This document shows positions 35,404 to 47,400 of a stretch of 64,000 nucleotides of DNA, in pieces. Below the pieces are notes generated by a model. That model was not told the DNA's origin. It worked only from the letters and a program-made list of their open reading frames with translations, and ran no database searches. The position numbers were made by a program, and so were the translations under genes. Each line of letters begins with the position of its first letter. Within the stretch, counting starts at the first letter, position 1. This stretch comes from Sphyrna mokarran (lineage: Eukaryota): the NCBI GenBank assembly GCA_024679065.1, contig JAGIQG010000016.1:5332001-5396000 (forward strand), given 5' to 3'.

Positions 35404-38400
35404 CTGTTGAAAAAGTGCAGAAAGACACATTTCACGTTTCCAGTCAGAGATGTAACGAATAATGATAGCAGGCAAGACGCTCAAATTAGCAACGGTCATA
35501 GTCAGACGCTGATTTTCTTGCTCCCCTGAAGGTAACTAATGCTATCCTGAGCAACAATGTCTCTTTGCAGAAAAGGAAGCATGATTTTTCCTCTCAAGCC
35601 TTGACCGAGTGGTAGAAAATGTCCAGGAAATAGGGAGAGGTAAAAGTAAAAAGCAAAGTGACAATCAATGTGCTGTGGCAATGCAAACACAGCACATAAG
35701 ACACACCGGTTAGTGTAAACGCTGCACATAAGACACACCGGTTAGTGTAAACACTGCACATAACACACACACCGGTTAGTGTAAACACAGTACATAACAC
35801 ACACACACCGGTTAGTGTAAACACAGTACATAACACACACACACCGGTTAGTGTAAACACAGTACATAACACACACACACCGATTAGTGTAAACGCTGCA
35901 CATAACACACACACCGGTTAGTGTAAACACAGTACATAACACACACACCGGTTAGTGTAAACACAATACATAACACACACACTGGTTAGTGTAAACATGC
36001 ACATAGACACATCGGTTAGTGTAAACACAGTACATAACACACACCCGGTTAGTGTAAACGCTGCACATAAGACACACCGGTTAGTGTAAACACTGCACAC
36101 AAGACACACCAGTTAGTGTAAACACAGTACATAACACACACACGGTTAGTGTAAACGCTGCACATAGACACACCGGTTAGTGTAAACACAGTACATAACA
36201 CACACACTGGTTAGTGTAAACACTGCACATAAGACACACCGGTTAGTGTAAACACAGTACATAACACACACACCGGTTAGTGTAAACGCTGCACATAAGA
36301 CACACCGGTTAGTGTAAACACAGTACATAACACACACACCGGTTAGTGTAAACACTGCACACAAGACACACACCGGTTAGTGTAAACACAGTACATAACA
36401 CACACCAGTTAGTGTAAACACTGCACATAACACACACACCGGTTAGTGTAAACACAGTACATAACACACACACCGGTTAGTGTAAACGCTGCACATAAGA
36501 CACACCGGTTAGTGTAAACACAGTACATAACACACACACTGGTTAGTGTAAACACTGCACACAGGACACACCGGTTAGTGTAAACACAGTACATAACACA
36601 CACACCGGTTAGTGTAAACACTGCACACAAGACAACACCGGTTAGTGTAAACACAGTACATAACACACACACTGGTTAGTGTAAACACAGTACATAACAC
36701 ACACACCAGTTAGTGTAAACACAGTACATAACACACACACCGGTTAGTGTAAACACTCCACATAACACACACACTGGTTAGTGTAAACACTGCACATAAG
36801 ACACACCGGTTAGTGTAAACACTGCACATAACACACACACTGGTTAGTGTAAACACTGCACATAACACACACTGGTTAGTGTAAACACTGCACATAACAC
36901 ACACCGGTTAGTGTAAACACTGCACATAACACACATACCGATTAGTGTAAACACTGCACATAACACACACCGGTTAGTGTAAACACTGCACATAACACAC
37001 ATACCGATTAGTGTAAACACTGCACATAACACACACCGGTTAGTGTAAACACAGCACATAACACACACACCCATTAGTGTAAATACTGAACATAACACAC
37101 ACGGGTTAGTATAAACATTGCACATAACACACACACCAGTTAGAATAAACACTGCACATAACACACACCCACAGGTTAGTGTAAACACTGTATATAACAC
37201 ACATGGGTTAGTGTAAATACTGTATATAACACACATGGATTAGTGTAAACAATGTATATAGAACACAGGTTCGAATAAACACTGTATATCACACACAGGT
37301 TAGTGTAAGCACTGTGTCTAACACAGAGGAGTTAGTATAAACACTGTATATAATATACATAGGATAATGTAATGACTATCATACACAGGTTAGTGCAAGC
37401 ACTATGTACACACAGGTTAGTATAAACACTGTATATAACACACTCGGGTTAGTTTAAGCACTGCGTCTAACACAGAGGGCCTCAAAGTAAAGAGACAGCC
37501 ATTTAGAACTGAGGAGAGGAAGAATTTCTTCAGCCAGAGTGAATTGTGAGGAGGATGTAGAGATACTTTTGTGTTATTTGGACAGGCTGAGGGTGCGGGC
37601 ATATGCATTGGAAGGTGCTGTATAATGTGAGTAAAGGTGAGGTTATCCACTTTGGGAATTGAATATTGAATGAGGCGAGGGGAGGGGTGCTGAGGGAGAG
37701 GAAAGAGGAAGAGGAGGGCTGGGCAAGGGGTCTGGCGGAGGGGAAGCTGGGGGAGGACAAGTTGGGGAGGCAGAAGGAGGGGAGCATGGGGGAGGGGATA
37801 TAGTATAAACGTTGTATATAGAACATAGAACATAGAACAATACAGCACAGAACAGGCCCTTCGGCCTTCGATGTTGTGCCGACCAAAATAAAAAGAAATG
37901 CCCCTCCAAACTAAACCATTCCCTTCTCTTCCATATACTTATCAATTAACCTCTTAAACGCCACCAAACTTGGCGCATCTACAACAGCTGCAGGCAGAGC
38001 ATTCCACTCCCTAATCACTCTTTGAGTAAAGAACTACCTCTGATATCCGTCCTATAACTCATACCCCTTAATTTAAAGCTGTGTCCCCTAGTGCTAGCTT
38101 TCTCCATCCTAGGAAAAAGGCTGTCACTGTCCACCCTATCTAAACCTCTAATCATCTTATATGCTTCAATAAGATCCCCTCTTAGCCGCCTCCTTTCTAA
38201 CAAAAACAACCTCAAATCCCTTCAACCTCTCTTCATAGGACCTGCCCTCCATACCAGGCAACATCCTGGTAAACCTCCTCTGTACCCTCTCCCATGCCTC
38301 CACATCTTTCTTATAATATGGGGACCAGAACTGCACACAATACTCCAAGTGCGGCCGCACTAGAGTTTTGTACAGTTGCAACATGATGCTGTGGCTCCTA

Positions 38401-41400
38401 AATTCCAATCCCCCTGCCAATAAAAGCTAAGACTCCATATGCCTTCTTAACAACTTTATCCACTTGACTGCCTACTTTCAGGGATCTATTGACACATCCA
38501 CCAAGATCCTTCTGTTCCTCAACACTATTAAGACCCCTACCATTAGCCCTATACTCTACACATTTATTGTTCCTGCCAAAGTGCATTACCTCACACTTTT
38601 CCACATTAAACTCCATTTGCCACCTCTCGGCCCAGCTCTGCAACTTGTCCAAGTCACTCTGCAAACTAAAACACCCCTCTTCACTATCTACCACACCACC
38701 AACTTTAGTATCATCTGCAAATTTACTGATCCATCCCTCAATACCCTCATCCCGATCATTTATAAAAATTACAACCAGCAGGGGCCCCAAAACAGACCCC
38801 TGAGGCACACCACTCGTCACCGAACTCCACGATGAAAATCTCCCATCAACCACCACCCTCTTTCTTCTATCTGCCAGCCAATTTCTAATCCAATTAGCTA
38901 AATCACCCTCTATTCCACACATCTTCATTTTCTGTAGAAGTCTTCCATGGGCCACCTTATCAAAAGCCTTACTAAAGTCCATATATACTACATCAACCGC
39001 CTTACCCCCATCCACCTCTCTGTTCACTTTCTCAAAAAACTCAATGAGGTTAGTAAGGCATGACCTACCCTTCACAAAACCATGCTGACTATCCCCAATC
39101 AATTCATTTCTCTCTAAATAACTATAAATCCTATCCCTAATAATTCTCTCCAATACCTTGCCCACAACAGAAGTAAGACTCACTGGCCTCTAATTCCCTG
39201 GAAGGTCTCTCTTCCCCTTCTTAAACAATGGGACCACATTCGCTATCCTCCAGTCCTCCGGAACCACACCCGTAACCAACGAGGACCTGAAGATCAGAGC
39301 CAGAGGCTCTGCAATCTCCTCTCTTGCCTCCCAGAGAATCCTTTCCACATTAAACTCCATTTGCCACCTCTCGGCCCAGCTCTGCAACTTGTCCAAGTCA
39401 CTCTGTAAACTAAAACACCCATCTTCACTATCTACCACACCACCAACTTTAGTATCATCTGCAAATTTACTGATCCATCCCTCAATACCCTCATCCAGAT
39501 CATTTATAAAAATTACAAACAGCAGGGGCCCCAAAACAGACCCCTGTATATAATACACACGGGTTAGTGTAAACACTGTGTATCACACACGGGTTAGTGT
39601 AAGCGCTGTGTCTAACACAGAGGGGTTAGTATAAACACTGTATCTAACATACACGGTTAGTATAAACATTGTATATATCAAACACAGATTAGTGTAAACA
39701 CTGTATGTAACATACACATGTCTGTATAAATACCCCATTGAACATACCTCAGTTTGAAGGTTGTTGCTTTCATGCTGAGCTGCTGTTTGTGTAAAATTGG
39801 AAGAAAAACATACTTTGCCGTGATCATTTTCAAACGTACCAAACAATACAACCCCCTCCCCCACTCTCCTCTCCTCCTACCTCCCCAACCTCCCCTCCCC
39901 CACTCTCCTCCTCCTGCCTCCCCAACCTCCCTCCTCCACTCTCCCCTCCCTACCCCACCTCCCCTCCTCCACTCTCCCCTCCTCCTGCCTTTTCCTCCTC
40001 CTGCCTCCCCTCCTCCAAACCTACCTCCCCTCCTCCACTCCCCTCCTCCTGCCTCACCAACCTCCCCTCCCCCACTCTCCCCCCCTCCTGCCTTCCCACC
40101 TCCCCTCCCCACTCTCCCCTCCTCCTGCCTTCCCAACCTCCTCTCCCCCACTCTCCCCTCCTCCTGCCTCCCCTCCCCACTCTCCTCTCCTCCTGCCTCC
40201 CCAACCTCCCCTCCCCCACTCTCCCCTCCTCCTGCCTTCCCACCTCCCTCCCCCACTCTCTCTCCTCCCCTCCCTCCCTCCCCCACCTCCCCCCCTCCTC
40301 CACTCTCCCTCCTCCTGCTCCCCAACCTCCCCTCCCCCACTCTCCTCTCCTCCTGCCTTCCCAACTCCCCTCCCCCACTCTCCTCTCCTCCTGCCTTCCC
40401 AACCCTCCCCCACTCTCCCCTCCTCCTGCCTCACCAACCTCCCCTCACCCCCACTCTCCCCTCCTCCTGCCTCACCAACCTCCCCTCCCCCACTCTCCTC
40501 TCCTCCTGCCTCCCCCAACTCCCCTCCCCCACTCTCCCTCCTCCTGCCTCACCAACCTCCCCCTCCCCCTCTCCCTCCTCCTGCCTTCCGCAACCCCCTC
40601 CCCCACTCTCCTCTCCTCCTGCCTCCCCAACCTCCCCTCCCCCACTCTCCCCTCCTCCTACCTCCCCAACCTCCCCTCCCCCACTCCTCCCCTCCTCCTG
40701 CCTCCTCCCCTCCCCCACTCTCCCCTCCTGCCTCCCCAACCTCCCTCCCCCACCTCCCTCCTCCTGCCTCCCAACCTCCCCTCCCCACCTGCCTCCAACC
40801 TCCCCTCCCCCACTCTCCCCTCCTCCTGCCTCCCCAACCTCCCCTCCCCCCTCCTCCCCTCCTCCTGCCTCCCAACCTCCCCCCTCCCTCCCCTCCCTGC
40901 CTCCCCAACTCCCCTCCCCCACTCTCCCCTCCTCCTGCCTCACCAACCTCCCCTCCTCCACTCTCCCCTCCTCCTACCTCCCCAACCTCCCCTCCCCTAC
41001 TCTCCCTCCTCCTGCCTCCCCAACCTCCCCCCCACTCTCCCCTCCTCCTACCTCCTCCCCCTCCCCCCTCTCCCTCCTCCTACCTCCCTCCCCACTCTCC
41101 CCTCCTCCCTCCCCCCTCCCCTCCCCACTCTCCCCTCCTCCTACCTCCCCAACCTCCCCTCCACTCTCCCTCCTCCTACCTCCCCAACCTCCCCTCCTCC
41201 ACTCTCCCCTCCTCCTGCCTCCCCAAACCTCCCTCCCCACTCTCCCCTCCTCCTGCCTCCCAACCTCCCCTCCCCCACTCTCCCCCCTCCTGCCTCCCCA
41301 ACCCTCCCTCCCCCACTCTCCCCTCCTCCTGCCTCCCCACCTCCCCTCCCCACTCTCCCCCTCCTGCCTCTCCCTCCCCCACTCCCCCACTCTCCTCTCC

Positions 41401-44400
41401 TCCTGCCTCTCCAACCTCTCCTCCCGTAGCCCCTCAACCTCCCCACCTTCCTCTCCCCCAGCGTCTCCTCCCCTAGCCTCCCCTCTGCCAGACCCCTCGC
41501 CCAGCCCGCCTCCTCCTTTTTCCTCTCCCTCAGCACCCCTCCCCTCGCCTCATACACCTATTCAATTCCCAAAGTGATAACCTCACCTTTACCCACATTC
41601 TCCTGCCATGCCCGCACCCTCAGCCTGTCCACTAAAGCATCTCTACATCCTTCTCACAACTCACTCTGGCTGAAGAAATTCTTCCTCTCCTTGGTTCTAA
41701 ATAGCAGTCTCTTTATTTTGAGGCCCTACATCAAGCTTCAATGAACTTCCTCTGGAGCCTCTCCAAGACCAGCACATCCTTCCTTAAAAAAAACGGGGCC
41801 CAAAATTCCTCACAATATCCCAAATATAGCCTGACCGGAGCCTAATGAAGCCTCAACAGTACATCCCTGTTTTAGTCCTCCACTGATCAATTTTCCCAAT
41901 TCTCTTGAAAGATCACCACCAGAATCACAGAATTGAAGGAGGCCATTCAGCCCATCATGTCTATACCCGCTCTCAAATCGATTCAATGCCATTCCCCTTT
42001 CTTCTCCCCATTGTTTCTACTCAGTCATCATCTAATTGGACGGTACGGTGGTCCGTGCCGCTTCCTCGGAGCCTGGGTTTGATTGCCGGCACGTTCTCCC
42101 CATGTCTGCGTGGGGTTCCTGGGTCTGGGTGTGCTGGTTTTTTTTCCCACAGTCCCAAGCTGTGCAGGTCAGGTGGATTGGCCATGCTAAATTGCCCCTT
42201 GACACCAGGGTGGGCTTGGGAGAGTATACGGGTTATGGGAATAGGGCCAGGGTGGGATTGGGGTCGATGGGACGAATGGCATCCTTCTACAATGTAGGAT
42301 TGTGCGATTCTCATGCCGTCTCAAATACCTCGATTGAACCTGCTTCCACCACACTGCCAGGCAGTGCATTCCAGACCTTAAACACTCGCTGTGTGGGTAA
42401 GTTTTTACCCACATCACAACTGCCTGAAACATTAACCCTATTTCTCTCTCCATAGATGCTGCCTGACCTACTGCACACTTCCAGAATTTTCTCTCTTTAA
42501 TTTTTTTACTAATGCACATAGGGATCGGGAGCTGAAGTAGGCAAATTTAGTCCTTCGAGACTGCTCCAATCAGTCTGATTGTAGCTGCTCTTTCCCTAGT
42601 CCCAAATCCACGTCCCCAAATGTTCCCCACACCCCTTTAACGCAGTTTTTGTTAGAAAAATATCTACCTCTTCTTTGCGACCATTCAACGATCCAGACTC
42701 TGCCGTGCTACGGGGCAGCGAGTTCCACAAATTCAACACCCCCTGCCAGAACTAGTTTCTCCATGGAGTCACACAGCCATAGAGGTTTAAGGCACGGGAA
42801 ACAGGCCCTTCGGCCCAACTTGTCCATGCCACCTTGTTTTTAACGACCAAGCCAGTCCCAATTGCTTGAGTTTGGCCCATATTCCTCCATACCTATCTTA
42901 CCCGTGTAACTATCAAAATGCTTTTTAAGAGACAAAATTGTACCCGCCTCTACTGCTACCTTTGGCACCTTAGTTTGCACATCCACCACCCTCTGTGTGA
43001 AAACATTGCCCCTCTGAATCCTTTTGTATCTCTCCCCTCTCACCTTAAACCTACACCCTCTTGTTTTAGACTCCCCTACCTTTGGGAAAAGGTATTGACT
43101 ATCGAGTTGATCTATCTAGCTGATCTAGCTGATCTAAAGTCATTACTTTATAGGCCTCTATAAGATCACCCCTAAGCCTCTTACCATTAGAGAAAAAAGT
43201 CCCAGTCTATCCATCCTCTCCTTATAACTCAAACCATCAAGTCCCGGGAGCATCCGAGTAAATCTTATTTGCATTCTTTTTAATTTAATAATATTCTTTA
43301 TAGAATTGAGTAACCAGAACTGTACGCAATATTCCACATGTGGCCTTACCAATGTCTTATACAACTCCAACAAAATGTCCCAACTCCTGTATTCAATGTT
43401 CTAGAACAAAGAACAAAACAGCGCGGGAAACAGGCCCTTCGGCCCAACGAGCCCGCGCCACCACCCCGATGTTCCCACCTCTACCCGTGATCCCTGTCCA
43501 TGTTTACAGATCTATGGATTAAAAACCAAATTTGAGACAATTTAGAGAGAATTTGTTTTGCCAGTCAGCCTAAGAGCACATCTTTGGGATGTGGGAGGAA
43601 ACCGGAGCACCTGGAGAAAACCCAAGCAAGCACGGGGAGAATGCGCAAACTCCCACAAGCATGATGGGATCTGATCGATGAAACTAAGCATGCCAAATAC
43701 CTGTGGCTCCAATGAGTTATAAACTTATACCCTTTTTGCTCTATAACACTTCCCAACGCCTTACTATTAACTCATCTCGGAATGAATGCCATTCATTCCT
43801 TGTAGGACCCAAACAAGTGGTAAAACTCCTACAAGGGGGATTCACCTCATGGGTCATGTCGATTGGGTGGCATTTCGCAGGCACTTCATTCCCCGCCTAG
43901 CATGGTTTGTGTTTCCTGTGGCTGTGACAAATATCTAAAGGAACTTCTTGCGAGCCATAAAGCTTGAGCAATAAAGTGCAACAAAGCTTGCCAAAAATGA
44001 ATCACTTACCTTGGATTTTTCGCTTCCTCCACAGTAACGCCACCATCAACACTGTGACAATGAGTGCCACAAGAACACTCGCGATAATTACCATCTTTAA
44101 AAATTCATTACCGCCTTTGAAATGAACGAAGACAAGGTCACTCAAAACAGAGAACAGCATGTACTTGATGGTAATTTTGAGGAAATAGATTGCGGGCAGC
44201 TCTTATTGTGTAATAATGGTATAAAGTTTGCAGCAATGAGGAATAATAACATACATTTAATTGTCATTTATGGATTGGGCGGCACGGTACCACAGTGGTT
44301 AGCACTTCACAGCTCCAGGGACCTGGCTTCAATTCCCGGCGCGGGTCACTGTCTGTGTGGAGTTCGCACATTCTCCTCGTATCTGTGTGGGTTTCCTCCG

Positions 44401-47400
44401 GGTGCTCCGGTTTCCTCCCACACTCCAAAGATGTGCGGGTTAGGTTGGTTGGCCGTGCTAAGAAATTGCCCCTTAGTGTCCAGGGATTAGTGAGTATCAT
44501 ATGGGGGTAGGACCTGGCTGGGATTGTATTCGGTACCAACTCAGTGGGCTGAAGGGCCTCTTCCTGCATCGTAAGGTTCTATGAAGAGAAATATTATTTG
44601 CTCCTGTTAGGGAACAGATCAGAAACACCAAAATGTATGATGAAGTTAGACTAGACTATTTTTGAATTTGACATTAGAGTGACTTAAGTTTATTTGTTAG
44701 TGTCACAAGCTGTTTTAACCACAATGAAGTTACTATGAAAATCCCCTTGTCGCCATATACCTATGCCTATTTCGGTACACTGAAGGTGAATTTAGCGAGT
44801 CTTTCGGACCACAAGAGGAAACTGGAGCAGAAACCCAGGAGGGCTCCTGCTCCTTGCCAATTCAAACAGAAACTGCCTGCTTTTTTCTCTTTAATCTCTC
44901 CTCCCATTAGCACAGTACTCTGTCTTGTCAATCGACCTAATTAAGCCCTACTTTGGAGCACAGGGGGAAAAAAAATCCAGAAAAAAACAAGGCTGCATTA
45001 ACTCAGATTAAAACAAGCAGTTCAATAATTAGGAGGAATTATGCTTCTGCATTCTTCACACTTGCGCTGCCTGGAACAGACAAAGCAGAATCAGCTGAAC
45101 AGGCTTGAACTTTAATATCTTCTTCACAAGATGCCTGGCATAAAACATATTTAATGCTGGCGCAGTTTTTGTCACACTGCACATTCAAGATTTAAAGCTT
45201 GAAGTTGATTTATCAGTGTCACAAGTAAGCTTACATTAACACTGCAATTGTGAAAATCCCCTATTCGCCAAACTCCGGTGCCTGTTTGAGTACTCCGAGG
45301 GAGAATTTTGAACATCCAGTGCACCTAACCTGTACATCTTTGGAATGTGGGAGAAAACCGGAGTACCCGGAAGAAACCCGTGCAGGCATGGGGAGAGTGT
45401 GCAGACTCTGCACAGACAAGCTGGGAATCGAACCTGGGTCCCTGAGGCAACAGTGTTAACCAGTGTGTCACCCATTTAGTTAATGTTAACATGGTGTCAA
45501 ACTTTGCGTTTAAAACATTATTATTGTTCATAAATGTTTTCCATTAAACTTAACAAAATTCTACAAACGCTTTACTGAAACAAAACAAAATATTTCAATT
45601 ATTGAAATATACAGAAGTTAAATATGAGAATTATAAAATGAAGTAGGCAAGGCAAAAGAATACTAATGGTAAAGACATTTAGATTATCAGGACCCAACAT
45701 ATCAACTCTTTTATGATCATCTAACCAGCATGTCTTTCGGACTGTGAGAGGAAAATGGGAGCACCTGGAGGAAACCCACATAGACATGGGGAGAACATGC
45801 AACACACAGCGACCCAAAGGCAATTGGAACTGGGAAAGCAATCGTGGCCTCGCCAACGATTCCCATATCCCACAAAAGAATTTAAGGAAAAGTTGCAACA
45901 AATAAGGAATTGAAATCTAAGTATAAAAGAAATGTAATGCATCACAATAAACGTTGATTATTTTCTCAAGACTCCTTACAAGTAAGCACTGATGAACAAA
46001 GAGATATAGCTGACAATGTTTCACTGGCTTGTCTGAGGGGAGATGTGTTTTCAAAATAATCCAAATTCCTTTTCACTTGGTGCCCCCTCCGATATTTTGT
46101 AATTTTCGACATGTTAGGAGAGAAAAAGAATCTTTTTAAACCTTTCGGGGAGAAAAAGGATCAAATAATATCTTTAATATTACCTAATTTTATACATAAT
46201 CTACAAGGCATAGGTCAGGAGTGTCTTGACTCCCCACTTGCTTGGACGGGTGCAACTTCAACAACACTCAAGAAGTTCGACACCATCCAGGACAAGGCAG
46301 CCCCGCTTGATTGGCACCACGTCTACAAACATTCACTCCCTCCACCACTGATGTGAACCAACAACTGTGTCAACCATCTACAAGACGCATTGCAGGACCT
46401 CATTCCATGGCACAGTGGTTAGCACTGCTGCCTCACAGTGCCAGGGGCGCAAGTTCAATTCCTGCCTCGGGTCGCTGTGAGTTTTCACGTTCTTCCCGTG
46501 TTTGCGTAGGCTTCTTACCGATGCTCTGGTTTCCTCCAAAGGGTTAGGGGCATTGGCCATGCTGAATTGCCCCTAGCGTTAGGGGATTCGCAAGGTAAAT
46601 GTGTGGGATTACGGGAATAGGTCTTGGGTGGTAGGTGCAGACTTGATGGGTCAAATGGCCTTCTTCTGTACTGTAGGGATTCTGCACTTTCCAAAATTGT
46701 TGCTTCTAACGCCCAAAAAAAAGGCAGGGACGTGGGAACACAACCGTCTGGAGATTCCTCTCCAACTCACTCACCATTCTGACTTGGAAATATATCAGCC
46801 GTTCCTTCACTGGGGCCAAAATCCTGGAACGCCCTCCCTAACATCACTGTAGATGTACCTACATTTCAGGGACTGCGGCCGATCAAGAAGATAGCTCACC
46901 ATCACCTTCTCAAGGGGCAGCTGGGGTTGGGCAATGCCCACATCCCGTAAAAGAATAAGCACAATGTTCAGGTCAGCCAGGGGGTCATCAGCGCAGAGAA
47001 AGGAACAAGATTGGTGAAATAGTATTCCTGAAAAGATGCCCAATGCTTTGGATCTGTGAATCAATCATCATTGAAATAATAAATTGCATTTTTATAGCGC
47101 CTGTCACAATCTCCACCAGTCTCAAAATGAGCTCATCCTTCTAATGATATTGATTGTTGAGTAATCTCTGTCACCAGTGTAACTATGAACAAAATGAAAG
47201 GAATTAGTCACTTTCTATTACAATTCGTTAATAAATACCTTCACTGGAGCCTTCAAATATTATCTCAATTGTGTTATTCCCTGTCCCGATTGAGTTGGTG
47301 GCAAAACAGCTCACATTCCCTTTCGTCCTGATCTTTATGAATACTTGGCTTGTGGTTGTCTCCACTTCTTCTGGTAACCTTGGAAAAACCAACAATGCGC

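Noticed and set aside
34021-37476. CRISPR-like regular repeats and Cys/Val-rich ORFs
   Set aside because: Head-to-tail units with no unique spacers, no cas genes and a vertebrate context. It is a minisatellite.
39754-41577. 607-aa Pro/Ser/Leu-rich ORF and the overlapping Gly/Glu-rich minus ORFs
   Set aside because: Artefact of the C-rich minisatellite, which has few stop codons. It lies in an intron of gene B.
44090-44100. Lysine near gene B's TM as an activating adaptor-binding charge
   Set aside because: It precedes a complete uncharged 22-residue hydrophobic run, so it most likely sits at the extracellular boundary.
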